From a virus (Duplodnaviria; Caudoviricetes), in IMG/VR virus record IMGVR_UViG_3300009529_000012, positions 1 through 46,575 of that record: a stretch of DNA of 46,575 nucleotides; one strand, written 5' to 3'. Position 1 is the stretch's first letter. Each line of letters begins with the position of its first letter. Below the pieces are notes generated by a model. That model saw nothing but the letters and a program-made list of their open reading frames with translations. It searched no databases and had not been told where the DNA came from. Positions 8,875-18,418 of the stretch are shown here, piece by piece. The translations under genes and the position numbers were made by a program.

Positions 8875-10248
8875 ATGGCTTATGCAACATTAAGTACTTA
8901 TAGTGAGGTCTTAAAGATCTTCTATCTTCCTGCCATTCAGGAACAGTTGAATCATGGAACTATTTTGAGTGATTTGCTCGATGTGAATGAGGAAGATATC
9001 AGTGGTAAAGACGCTAAGATAGAATGTCACTACGGAAGAAGTAGTGGTACAGGTGCCAGGGCAGATGGCGCAAGTCTTCCAACAGCAACTTACCAGAAAT
9101 ATATAACTGCAACAGTCCCAATGAAGTATATTTACGGCAGGATCTATGTAACTGGTCCTACTATAGCAGCAACAAGGGACGAGCGAGGAGCCTATGCCAA
9201 GGCTCTGGACTCTGAAATTAGGGGTATTACCAGAGACTTGAAGATGGAAGTTAATAGAATGCTCTGGGGATGTGGCTGGGGTATGGTGGCCAGATGGCAT
9301 AGTGGAGATCTTAATACTGCTCTTAATTGTCCTAAGAAATACAGGGGCAACAGTGCAGGTGGAGATTGTTTTGGTACTACCTTTGGGGCGAAGTACCTGA
9401 CTGATAGAGGCGATGCGGTACTTTGCGTAGTTAGTGGAATGGATGGTACCAATGCCACTTATACTGTTGGTACGATTAATATTGCAGCTACTGCTGTGGA
9501 CAAGAGTCGTACTGATTATGATATAGTCACATGTGGTACTGATGCTGGTGATCCAGCAGAAGGTGACTTCTTTGTAAGGCCAGCTTCCCTTGCATTGTGG
9601 ACAGCAGCCGGAAATGCTCACAGGCTAGAGATGATGGGCCTGAGGGGTATTGTCACTGACACGGATATGGAAGAGATAGCGCTCGTTAATGCAACTGACG
9701 CTCCTCCAGCTGCCGGTGATGGACTCTATGTTGATTCTCTCCAAGGACTTACGGCTGAGAGCTATGCTTGGTGGCAGGCCCAGGTGGACATTCATGCGAG
9801 TGGAAGGTACCAAGGCCAAAGGGCTCTTACTCTTAACCTGATGGACACTATGTTCGACAAGGTGGAAGAGACAGCCGGGAAGGACTATGGTCCTGACTTA
9901 ATTCTGACTACCCGGCCTCTTAGGAGGGAGTACACAGACCTGTGCAGGGCAGATAGGCGCTTCGTGAATACGATGGTTCTGGACGGTGGGTGGAAGGCTA
10001 TTGATTATAATGGTATTCCTTTTACTGTGGACAATGATGCTATTGATGGGGAGATTTACTTCCTCACCACTAAGGATCTCCAGATCTATCGTATGAGCGA
10101 CTATGACTGGATGGACAAGGACGGGTCTATATTGTCTCGGATAAGTGGAGTTGACGCTTATGAGGCAATCCTCTTCAGGTATGCTGAGTTGGGATGTAGG
10201 AGAAGGAATAGCCAAGGTGTGTTGTGTGACTTGGCTTATACTGTTTAG
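8875..10248 (+). CDS. major capsid protein
   Basis: 457 aa after scaffold; LK.FY.P.I.EQLN N-terminus, MMGLRGIV, G..AIDYNGIP..VD.D C-terminal pattern of HK97-fold MCPs. Confidence 0.85.
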   Translation: MAYATLSTYSEVLKIFYLPAIQEQLNHGTILSDLLDVNEEDISGKDAKIECHYGRSSGTGARADGASLPTATYQKYITATVPMKYIYGRIYVTGPTIAATRDERGAYAKALDSEIRGITRDLKMEVNRMLWGCGWGMVARWHSGDLNTALNCPKKYRGNSAGGDCFGTTFGAKYLTDRGDAVLCVVSGMDGTNATYTVGTINIAATAVDKSRTDYDIVTCGTDAGDPAEGDFFVRPASLALWTAAGNAHRLEMMGLRGIVTDTDMEEIALVNATDAPPAAGDGLYVDSLQGLTAESYAWWQAQVDIHASGRYQGQRALTLNLMDTMFDKVEETAGKDYGPDLILTTRPLRREYTDLCRADRRFVNTMVLDGGWKAIDYNGIPFTVDNDAIDGEIYFLTTKDLQIYRMSDYDWMDKDGSILSRISGVDAYEAILFRYAELGCRRRNSQGVLCDLAYTV

Positions 10249-10281
10249 GAGAATTCGGAATTAACTTTTTAGAAATAGTAT

Positions 10282-10309
10282 CCTCCCTCTAGCTATCTAG
10301 GGGGAGGGG
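10282..10309 (+). terminator. hairpin after the capsid gene
   Basis: CCTCCCTCTAG-ctat-CTAGGGGGAGG; no strong U tract. Confidence 0.45.
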
Positions 10310-10328
10310 TAAACTATGAGGAGAAAAA

Positions 10329-11222
10329 ATGATAAAAGCACATAATTTACATCCAACACTTCGAGAAGAAATTCGAGGAATTCCTCGAAGAAAGTTTCAT
10401 GTTTGTAAAGATGATGCAGAGAATGCTGATTATTTGTATAACAGCATTGATTCTGGAATGTTGTTTCATACTGTTCTTGACGCCTTAGCCGTAGCTCAGG
10501 ATTATGACGAGATTATTGTTTGGCCTGGGCAGTATAAAGAGACGGCTGCTATTGCAATTGATCAGCCTCATTTAAAATTGACTACTGCTCTCATAGGCCC
10601 AAATAAGGCTTTTACTCAAACTGAGATTAGGCAGTACGGAAATGTAGAAGCGCACTGCATTACTATCGAGGCACATGGTGTTGAGGTTAGTGGTTTCAGA
10701 ATTACACCTTATGGCGGTACTACCTATAGGGCTATTACTGTGGCTCAGGCAGCTAATTGTTATGGTTGTTATCTTCATGACAACTATTTCTATGCTGCTG
10801 AACAAACAGGTGGAATACTGACGTGTGGGTCAGCTAGTTTCAATGCTGACTCTATTGCTGTGATGAATAATGAGTTTTGGAAAGGTGGAAATGCTGGTGA
10901 TCAGGCTACTAGGGCTGCTATTCTTATGACAAAAGCATATAAACACTTGTTTGCCGGTAATACCATTACTCAGATTGGAAACACTCAGCAGTTTCTGTAT
11001 CTCACAGATGAAATTTCTAATTCCAAAATACTCGATAACAGATTTTGGGCTGTGGAGGCCGGTGCTGTAGCAATTTACAATGGTACCTCTACTCTTGGTG
11101 ACTATTTTATTGACGGAAATAGTTTCGGTGGCTATGCGGATACTGCCCATTGTATCAGTGGCGGCTATTCTACATTGTCTTGTGGTGTGAACTGGAGAGA
11201 AGGTAATGTCATAATTGCCTAG
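10329..11222 (+). CDS. right-handed beta-helix (pectin-lyase-like) virion protein
   Basis: TVLDAL...DEIIVWPGQYKE start and repeated ..NN.F / GNTI / DNRF rungs. Confidence 0.7.
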   Translation: MIKAHNLHPTLREEIRGIPRRKFHVCKDDAENADYLYNSIDSGMLFHTVLDALAVAQDYDEIIVWPGQYKETAAIAIDQPHLKLTTALIGPNKAFTQTEIRQYGNVEAHCITIEAHGVEVSGFRITPYGGTTYRAITVAQAANCYGCYLHDNYFYAAEQTGGILTCGSASFNADSIAVMNNEFWKGGNAGDQATRAAILMTKAYKHLFAGNTITQIGNTQQFLYLTDEISNSKILDNRFWAVEAGAVAIYNGTSTLGDYFIDGNSFGGYADTAHCISGGYSTLSCGVNWREGNVIIA

Positions 11223-11234
11223 GAGGATTCTATT

Positions 11235-11399
11235 ATGATGGTATTTTGTGAAAGATGCTCATGGGACTACGATGATACAAAGTATGATGAGTGTCCCGAT
11301 TGTAAAGGAAGACCTCCATATGTTCCTGTGAATCCTTTGGAGGTAGAATCTAAACCCAAAACTAAACCTAGTATGGAAGTAGAAGAAAGGGGGAGATAG
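11235..11399 (+). CDS. small Zn-ribbon protein (54 aa, not in ORF track)
   Basis: MMVFCERC...ECPDCKG; RBS AGGAGG. Confidence 0.55.
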   Translation: MMVFCERCSWDYDDTKYDECPDCKGRPPYVPVNPLEVESKPKTKPSMEVEERGR

Positions 11400-11410
11400 G
11401 CTGTTGCTAC

Positions 11411-11433
11411 ATTGATTCAATTTTTGAATCAAT
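11411..11433. repeat. motif A palindrome copy (perfect)
   Basis: ctac ATTGATTCAA TTT TTGAATCAAT g. Confidence 0.9.
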
Positions 11434-11517
11434 GCTTTGGTGTACACCTTGGAGTAGGAAGGGAGGTTTCCTTCTTTCCTTCCTTCCTCTCCAAAAACAA
11501 AAGAAGGAGATAGAGAG

Positions 11518-12324
11518 ATGATGAAATTTGAAGAATTGCAGGCGGTAGATATTGCAGGAGCAGCGATTCCTGATGTTGCTAGTGGAGCTGCTGAGGTGAA
11601 AGGGGATAAGATAGTTTACAAGTATAAACCCCTAGCCGTCGATACTCCCTATTGTATTAATGTTCTAGAGCAGGAAAGAGAGTGTACAAAGTGGCACAAA
11701 ATTTACTTTATGAAATTTAAGATTCTTCCAAGGAACTGTATGCACTGCTGGAAGGTAGTGTGTAGGCCTAGGAATTTGGATGAACTTCTTGAGCTGAATG
11801 AACTCCAGAAGAAGATGGACATTCCTGGAAAGTGCGGAATGGAGATAAGAGAGACTGAGACTTATAAGGGACTCTACTTAGGATTCTGGTATTGTCCTTT
11901 AGGGGATTTGAAAGGGGCAAGAGAGGTCTATAAGAATGCGAAAAGAAGAGTGAGAGGAGCTCTTTCTCTAGAGACCCCAGTCATTCTGAAGAGGGGTTGT
12001 ACAGAGATGGAGAATGCTTTTGGGCCTTCTCACTTGTGGACATATACTCCTCAAACGAGATTTAAAGAGATGCTACTTGACACAACAATTGTAGTAGAGG
12101 AGGAGAAACCTCCTCAGTCTGCAGTCATTCAGACTCATGTAATTGCTTTCTGGATTCACTACGCCCACAGGATGGGGGACAAGACTGCAGCAAAGCATAT
12201 TGAGAACTATCCCCAGAGTATGGGAAGTATTCCTACAACTACTTATCATGATGTGCTGCCAGAAATTAAAGAGGAGGTTGTTCCTCATGAAATTGCAATT
12301 CAAAGACTATCGGAAAACAAATGA
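11518..12324 (+). CDS. hypothetical protein
   Basis: 268-aa ORF with RBS; several Cys (CMHC, GKCG, RGC). Confidence 0.7.
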   Translation: MMKFEELQAVDIAGAAIPDVASGAAEVKGDKIVYKYKPLAVDTPYCINVLEQERECTKWHKIYFMKFKILPRNCMHCWKVVCRPRNLDELLELNELQKKMDIPGKCGMEIRETETYKGLYLGFWYCPLGDLKGAREVYKNAKRRVRGALSLETPVILKRGCTEMENAFGPSHLWTYTPQTRFKEMLLDTTIVVEEEKPPQSAVIQTHVIAFWIHYAHRMGDKTAAKHIENYPQSMGSIPTTTYHDVLPEIKEEVVPHEIAIQRLSENK

Positions 12325-12790
12325 TGCTGTGATGGTAGCTGATGTTGGCTTTAAGAAACAACTGAGGGCACTTGATCCTGAGCTGGATGTAGTGTGGGGA
12401 GGAACCAAGTGGGAAGTCTGGCGCTTTCCTGGGCAGGGGAAGAGTGTAAAGAAGCTTGCCCACGAGAGGGCAGTGCATGTAATGACTGTGCAGACTGGAG
12501 ATAGGTCCTTCAGGGAGGTGGGAGCAGATATTCTCCTCAATCTCCAAGCTGGAGATACACAGCGCTTCAGTACGAAGGAACTCTGTGACTACTTTGATGC
12601 TATGGACGATAATATCCAAAGAGCAAAGGCGAAGGAATTGGAAAATTGGCTTGAGGATAGAAGGGTAGAAACCGCTTGGTACACTAGGGGACTTAGGGTG
12701 TCTATTCCTAAGAGATTTATGATTGGAAGTGTTCTTCTGGAAGGACCAAGCAGGGAACTTAAAGTAAGGAGGGCAATAGCAAATGGCTGA
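12287..12790 (+). CDS. hypothetical protein
   Basis: start reassigned to the ATG after GAGGAGG (MKLQFKD...). Confidence 0.65.
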   Translation: MKLQFKDYRKTNDAVMVADVGFKKQLRALDPELDVVWGGTKWEVWRFPGQGKSVKKLAHERAVHVMTVQTGDRSFREVGADILLNLQAGDTQRFSTKELCDYFDAMDDNIQRAKAKELENWLEDRRVETAWYTRGLRVSIPKRFMIGSVLLEGPSRELKVRRAIANG

Positions 12791-13070
12791 TGTAAGAGGA
12801 GAGAAGGTAGAGAGATATAAAATAACTCCAGAGATGCAAAACATGCTCAAGACATATAAGAGGATAAAGAGAGTGGAGGGAATGCTACGTTATGAAACAG
12901 AAGCAAAGAAGCAGGAACTCCAGTCCCTGAGTGAGGCATGGGGAGCACTTCAGCAAGAAGCTGCGGCTATTGAGCAGGGGATGCCTAGAGAACCATTGAG
13001 GGAACTTGAAGGGATGGACTTTCCTCAAAGGGAACAGGTGTCTGAGGAAGAAATGCAACTTCGTTACTAG
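12783..13070 (+). CDS. hypothetical coiled-coil protein
   Basis: operon packing, RBS GGAGG. Confidence 0.6.
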   Translation: MADVRGEKVERYKITPEMQNMLKTYKRIKRVEGMLRYETEAKKQELQSLSEAWGALQQEAAAIEQGMPREPLRELEGMDFPQREQVSEEEMQLRY

Positions 13071-13093
13071 ATTGATTCAATTTTTGAATTAAT
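13071..13093. repeat. motif A palindrome copy
   Basis: directly after TAG: ATTGATTCAA TTT TTGAATTAAT. Confidence 0.9.
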
Positions 13094-13105
13094 AGAGGAT
13101 TTAAA

Positions 13106-13948
13106 ATGAATGCTTACAATATGTTACAGCTCCTCAGAGACCAGATTGCAGAGGCTAGTCCATCTCACTGGAGTGACATTAATCTGATTCACAGAATGAA
13201 TGTTTCTCAAAGGAAGATTGCTCTACTTGTAGGGAACTATCCTGGAGCTTGGCTAATGAAGAGTGCTAATTTGACTCCAGTTGCAAGTGTTATTACTCTT
13301 CCTGCTGACTGTGCAAAGCCTGTTTACTTGGAGGAGACTTCTAGTGGACAACCTCTTGCTTGGCTAGAGAATGTTAGGACAAGGAGAGTCTCGAGGACAA
13401 TAGGAGCCTCAGGTTTCTGGAGTGGAGCACCTGAAGTTTATCCTCTTAGGAATACTCTTGTAGTTAATCAGGCTTCTTATTCTACACAAGTAACTCTGTG
13501 GTATGACCAGACAGTTCCTGATTTGATGACTGGGAAAGCAAGTGCAGGAGAAGCGACAGGTCTTACTTTTCCTGATACTACTAATGTGATACATATAGAT
13601 GATTACTACAATGGAGTAAGTATTCAAGCAGAGGTTGGAACAGGAGTAAACACAGCTGGTGATGTCATCACTGATTATGATGGAGCCACAAGAGTTTGTG
13701 TTGTAACTGGAACATATGGTGCTGATACTGAGTTTGGAACACTTACTATGCTTCCTGAAGAATGTGAACCTTTGATTCTTCTTGATGCTACTGTACTTGC
13801 ACTGGCGAAACCTTCGAGTAATGTTGATGAGAAGGTTTTTCAATATTATCTAAATGAGAGGAGAGAGGCAAAGAGAGACTTGGTAGAATGGCTAGAAACT
13901 AGGATTAAAGGCTATGGAAGAGTAGAAATTACGGAGGAGGGTCTCTAG
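13106..13948 (+). CDS. head-tail adaptor (tail tubular A-like)
   Basis: WSD..L...N...R, LPADC and LPEE..PLI..A patterns of adaptor proteins; gene order. Confidence 0.65.
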   Translation: MNAYNMLQLLRDQIAEASPSHWSDINLIHRMNVSQRKIALLVGNYPGAWLMKSANLTPVASVITLPADCAKPVYLEETSSGQPLAWLENVRTRRVSRTIGASGFWSGAPEVYPLRNTLVVNQASYSTQVTLWYDQTVPDLMTGKASAGEATGLTFPDTTNVIHIDDYYNGVSIQAEVGTGVNTAGDVITDYDGATRVCVVTGTYGADTEFGTLTMLPEECEPLILLDATVLALAKPSSNVDEKVFQYYLNERREAKRDLVEWLETRIKGYGRVEITEEGL

Positions 13949-13949
13949 A

Positions 13950-16448
13950 ATGATTAAAATGTTCAAAGAGCCTTTTACTGGGAACTACAATGGAATTACT
14001 CCAGCTACTTTACTGCCAGTAGGAAGTGTGAGTGACGGTCTCAACGTTAGGAAGATTGGGGAAGGTGGAGGCTGGAAGCCAAGAAAGGGCTGTACTGTAC
14101 ATAATACTACTGCTCCAGGATGCTCAGCTGCGACAACAGGTTTCTTGTCTCTTCATCAATATACTCATCCGAGGAATGAGGATTATCACTTTCTAGGCCA
14201 ATTTGCCTGCACAGGTGATGGTGGAGTTTTGTATGACGCTACTGATGATCCTCCAGCTTCTGGGACTACCTTTGGAACTTCTATTAAGAGTAGTCTTTCA
14301 GAAACTGTTCCTGGCTTTTCTACTATGGTAGGAGAACATTTCTTCTATGCTGATGGAAGTGGAAGGCCTATTGTGTGGGGAGGAGACCTTCCTTTCTGCA
14401 GTGGTTTTATTGCTCATTTTGACATAGGTGATACTGGCACTCCTGATACCTATGTAGATTATACGAGGGAAGTGATAGACAACAGAACTGGTACAATGGC
14501 AGTACTGAGAGCTGACGTGCATGATGTTTACTATGTATGTAGTCCTGAGATTGCTAGTGCTGTGAAGTTGACTTTGGGAACTACAGTCAATTTGGAAGCT
14601 TCTGTATTGACTGTAGAGAGTTGGCAAGCGGGTGCTTGGGATAGTAGAACTAGTGACGCTGCTTGGGACGACGGGACAGATGATCCAGCAGGAGATACTC
14701 ACGGAAAGACTGGAACGGTAACTTGGACTGTACAAACTCTTGACACTATGAGAGTTATTGGTGGTATCATGGGTTACTGGTATAAGTTTAGTTTCAGTGG
14801 TGTATTAACTGCTGGAGTTCAGATTACTAAGTGCCAAGTAGTCTTTGCTGCTCAGAGTTTGACTAATAAGTGGAATGGAGTCTATGAATATCCAACTGCT
14901 GTTAGATTCTTTGACCAAAGTACTGGAGAGTATATAGATGCTACAGGAAAAGTGCTCAATGAATCAACAAGTCAATATATGCAGATTGGAAGTATGAATA
15001 CTGCTGATTTTATTCTTGTCAAAAGTGCTGAGCCTCTGACAGCAATAGGCTTTGCAATGGTTGTTGACTATACACAACAAGAGGCATCGAAGGTTGACCA
15101 GATAGATGTTTGGAGTGGAACTAGTTGGACAGCAGTGACTACTGGAATTATTGACGAGACTCTAGATGAGGCAGGAGATTCTTCTCTTGCCCAGACAGGA
15201 ACTATTTGGTTCAATGCTGCTGCTGTGACGGCGAAGAGGAGGACGTTTGACTGGGACAGTATTCCTGGCTATTGGTATCGTGTGAGTATAGATACAACTC
15301 TTACTGATACAGATGTTAGAGTATTCATGATGGCTACAGCGATGTTTCCTGAAGTTCTAGCTGCAGCAGATGGGGTTATTGAGTTTAAGAATAGACTCTT
15401 TACTTGGGGAGATCCTGAATATCCTAATAGACTTCGTTACAGTGCTAATGGGAGGCCAGATTGTTTCTCTGGAAGTGACAGTGGTTATACTGATGCTTTC
15501 GGAGATATGAAGCCGATTACTTGTGCTCTACGTTTTTATAACGAGTTAATAGTGTGGAAGGAAGATTCCGTGTGGCTTCTGGAGGGTTTTTCTCCTCAGA
15601 CTTTTGGGACTCTACGGATAGCTGATACTATTGGTCTTGCAAGTCCTAAGAGTGCTGTGGTTGTAGAGACAGGATATCCTGCTATGAAGACAGATGAGCC
15701 TCTCTCTATTGCCTTGTGGCAAGACACTGATGGAGTCTACGTACTTGATGGTAGGAAGCCTAAGAAGGTTTCTGGTCCTGTGGATCACTACTTTAATACT
15801 GAGTATACTACTGCTATAGCTGCAGCCTCCATTAACAACAGGCAGGCTTTCGTTGATCCACTTAATAATGAATATCATCTTCTTCTTCCAACAAGTGAGT
15901 TGGTTTACAACTATGTGAGAGCAGAATGGTATCCTCCTTGGGAGAGGAATGTAGATCTGGTTTGTGGAATTTCTCTCAGAGGGACAGACAACAGATATTA
16001 TACTTATGGAGGAGATGCTGCTGGGACAGTCTACAGACTTGAGAATGACACTACAGACAAGGCTGAGAATGCAGCGAGTCCTTACTATACTGATGTAGCT
16101 ATTTCTCACAAGATAAAGACGAGGGCTATTTCTGTTAAACAACCTGAGGCTACCACGCTTCGTTTTTCCTTTAGGAAGTTGTGGGTGGAAGGAAAAGCGC
16201 AAGATAATCCTACAGCCATTACAACAACTTTCTTCAAGAATATGATTGACACTGGGACAGCATTAGCTGTTCCTGCTGCAATCGATATGGAAGTTGATGA
16301 CCACGGTCTAGCGTTTGATGGACTTGATACAAGTCAAGAAGGTTGTGTCTGTTTTGAATTGGAGTTTTCTCTAAATAGTGCTGATCTTGAGATGGAATTG
16401 TGGAGTTTCCTCTACCAGCTGGAGGCAAGGGGAGAAATTGAGCTCTAA
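13950..16448 (+). CDS. tail nozzle / tubular B (P22 gp10-like) protein
   Basis: 832 aa beta-rich; FKNRLF...PNRLRYS...ELIVWKEDSVW beta-propeller pattern; follows the adaptor. Confidence 0.7.
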   Translation: MIKMFKEPFTGNYNGITPATLLPVGSVSDGLNVRKIGEGGGWKPRKGCTVHNTTAPGCSAATTGFLSLHQYTHPRNEDYHFLGQFACTGDGGVLYDATDDPPASGTTFGTSIKSSLSETVPGFSTMVGEHFFYADGSGRPIVWGGDLPFCSGFIAHFDIGDTGTPDTYVDYTREVIDNRTGTMAVLRADVHDVYYVCSPEIASAVKLTLGTTVNLEASVLTVESWQAGAWDSRTSDAAWDDGTDDPAGDTHGKTGTVTWTVQTLDTMRVIGGIMGYWYKFSFSGVLTAGVQITKCQVVFAAQSLTNKWNGVYEYPTAVRFFDQSTGEYIDATGKVLNESTSQYMQIGSMNTADFILVKSAEPLTAIGFAMVVDYTQQEASKVDQIDVWSGTSWTAVTTGIIDETLDEAGDSSLAQTGTIWFNAAAVTAKRRTFDWDSIPGYWYRVSIDTTLTDTDVRVFMMATAMFPEVLAAADGVIEFKNRLFTWGDPEYPNRLRYSANGRPDCFSGSDSGYTDAFGDMKPITCALRFYNELIVWKEDSVWLLEGFSPQTFGTLRIADTIGLASPKSAVVVETGYPAMKTDEPLSIALWQDTDGVYVLDGRKPKKVSGPVDHYFNTEYTTAIAAASINNRQAFVDPLNNEYHLLLPTSELVYNYVRAEWYPPWERNVDLVCGISLRGTDNRYYTYGGDAAGTVYRLENDTTDKAENAASPYYTDVAISHKIKTRAISVKQPEATTLRFSFRKLWVEGKAQDNPTAITTTFFKNMIDTGTALAVPAAIDMEVDDHGLAFDGLDTSQEGCVCFELEFSLNSADLEMELWSFLYQLEARGEIEL

Positions 16449-17532
16449 AGCTAGAAGACCTTATCTGATGGGAAAGAAGTCTGTGACTCAATTCTATCAG
16501 GCTCCTGTTAGATACTTGAAAGAACTAGTAGGGAAGGAGAGTAAGTTCGAGAAGCCTTATGTGGACGAGGAATATAGGAAGATGCACTTTGACTTTCCTT
16601 GGCCTGACTGGCCTCCTTTTCCTCCTATTTCTCCCTGGCCTCCTCTTCCTCCAATAGAGGGGCCAGTACCAGGACTTCCTGGTTGTGCTATAGTTTGTTA
16701 TGGACCTCTTGATTGTGATGAACCTATTTGGTGTCATCCTAGTATTTGGTGCGGACAAGACTTAGATTGTACTTTGTGTACTTGGGAAGTGAAGGGGGCA
16801 ACAACTGGCTTTACTGCTCATAGAACTGGAGGCGCCTGGGGAATAGATGTCTGGATAGATAGTGAATTAGTAGAGGCCGATGGCGCAGCACTTATTAGAG
16901 TGTGCATGACTGATCCTTGTGGAAATGTTTGTTGTAGTGAGGAAAGTGTAAGTTGTAAAATTTGTCCTCCAGAAGTAGCAGTGAATTGGGCTAGCGGGGA
17001 CTTAACGATAGGACAAAGTAGTAGTGTTGGGGTTTCAATAGCTGATGGATTAGGACCTTACAGTTGGAGTGTAGCAGGAACTGGATTCTCTATGCTTCAT
17101 GAAGAAACTGCAGGAGTTAGCAATACTCTCCAATCTGATGAAACAGCTTGTGGACCAGCAACAATTACAGTTACTGACTTTTGTGATGGTACAGCAACTG
17201 GCTATGTGAGGTGTACTGCAGATAGTCATTGGGTAAGTAAGGAAGGTTGTTATCCTTGTCCAGCAGCCTGTAGCAGAAATGTTTGTGCGACTTGTGATCC
17301 TCTTGATAATATTGTTGCTGGTTATAGACAGTGGGTTATGGTAGGGCAATATGAGTACAGTACTGATGATGATGACTGTCCTCCTTGGTGGGGAGACTTC
17401 ATGTGTACTACACCTAGTACTAATCCTCCCCCCTGCGGATCACCAGGAGCTTGTGGTGGGGGAGTTACATGTAATGATAACAGACAATGTATGGCATATA
17501 GTGCATTTTATCAAGAGTGGGAGTGTGTCTAA
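16438..17532 (+). CDS. Cys-rich, Pro-rich virion-associated protein (start TTG 16438 or ATG 16468)
   Basis: PWPDWPPFPP tract, Ig-like middle (GPYSWSV...ITVTD), >30 Cys. Confidence 0.7.
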   Translation: MSSKARRPYLMGKKSVTQFYQAPVRYLKELVGKESKFEKPYVDEEYRKMHFDFPWPDWPPFPPISPWPPLPPIEGPVPGLPGCAIVCYGPLDCDEPIWCHPSIWCGQDLDCTLCTWEVKGATTGFTAHRTGGAWGIDVWIDSELVEADGAALIRVCMTDPCGNVCCSEESVSCKICPPEVAVNWASGDLTIGQSSSVGVSIADGLGPYSWSVAGTGFSMLHEETAGVSNTLQSDETACGPATITVTDFCDGTATGYVRCTADSHWVSKEGCYPCPAACSRNVCATCDPLDNIVAGYRQWVMVGQYEYSTDDDDCPPWWGDFMCTTPSTNPPPCGSPGACGGGVTCNDNRQCMAYSAFYQEWECV

Positions 17533-17918
17533 TGAGAGAGAAGATAGAAACAAAATTAAGTGTCTTTGGTTTTGGGGGGTTACAGAACCTAGTAACACTC
17601 TTTAATATTCTTGAAAGAGAGAATATTTCTATCAATGATGTTAGACAATTTATAGCTTTTGCTTTAAAGAGAAGAGAAGAGAATGAAATTGGTTTTCAGA
17701 AGATGATAGCAAAGAGAGATAAGGAGATGAGAAAATTGGCTGGTAATTGTCCTAAATGTAAAACTCCTCTTAGGATAAGAACTATTCATTCACCTAAAGG
17801 AAAAGCAAATGTTTACGGCTATAGGAGTCATTATTTTTGTGGAAACGAGGAGTGTGACTATGAGAAATACTCAAAAGAACCTGTAAAAATTCTTGTCAAG
17901 AAAATGGTGAGGAGGTAG
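17532..17918 (+). CDS. Zn-finger hypothetical protein
   Basis: CPKC...FCGNEEC; TAATG overlap. Confidence 0.6.
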   Translation: MREKIETKLSVFGFGGLQNLVTLFNILERENISINDVRQFIAFALKRREENEIGFQKMIAKRDKEMRKLAGNCPKCKTPLRIRTIHSPKGKANVYGYRSHYFCGNEECDYEKYSKEPVKILVKKMVRR

Positions 17919-17922
17919 AGAA

Positions 17923-18384
17923 ATGGCTATAGGAGAAATGGGAATGTTCTTGCCTGCAGAGAGTGCTTATGGGACTCCAGGAGCTTACTCCCAGGCACTT
18001 AGGGCTGAGGCTACTAAGAGGGCAAGTTACTTGAGTGAAATGGACCAGTTCTATGCAAGTCTGGAGGAGTCAAAGAAGCAATTTGAAGAGACAATGAGTT
18101 TTAGAGAAGAGTCCTGGGAAGAAGAGATGGGACTGAGGAAAAGTGAAGTGGCTCTTCAGAGACGTCTAGGAATAGGACAATTGCTCCTGGGGATGTACCA
18201 GGCAAAGACGGGGAGAATAGCCTCAAGACAAAGGAGAGAACCTCTTTATCTAGGACGAGATGAGAAACTTGACTTTCTCAAGAAGATATGGAGAGATCAA
18301 CAGAGGAAAGAGAGTGGTGGAAGCAGTTGGCTTGGTCCCGGATTCTCTTATCCCTCTACTGGCTCCCCTGGAACATGGGACTAG
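17923..18384 (+). CDS. putative internal virion (ejection) protein
   Basis: helical/coiled-coil, first of three genes of increasing size after the tail genes. Confidence 0.5.
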   Translation: MAIGEMGMFLPAESAYGTPGAYSQALRAEATKRASYLSEMDQFYASLEESKKQFEETMSFREESWEEEMGLRKSEVALQRRLGIGQLLLGMYQAKTGRIASRQRREPLYLGRDEKLDFLKKIWRDQQRKESGGSSWLGPGFSYPSTGSPGTWD

Positions 18385-18407
18385 ATTGATTCAAAAATCG
18401 AATTAAT
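18385..18407. repeat. motif A palindrome copy
   Basis: directly after TAG: ATTGATTCAA AAA TCGAATTAAT. Confidence 0.85.
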
Positions 18408-18418
18408 GGAGAAATATT

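Noticed and set aside
11407-11433. Motif A as a canonical REP or FNR box
   Set aside because: GTAG lies 3' of the hairpin rather than 5' as in REPs and no RAYT is visible; the TTGAT/ATCAA spacing is 11, not the 4 of FNR.
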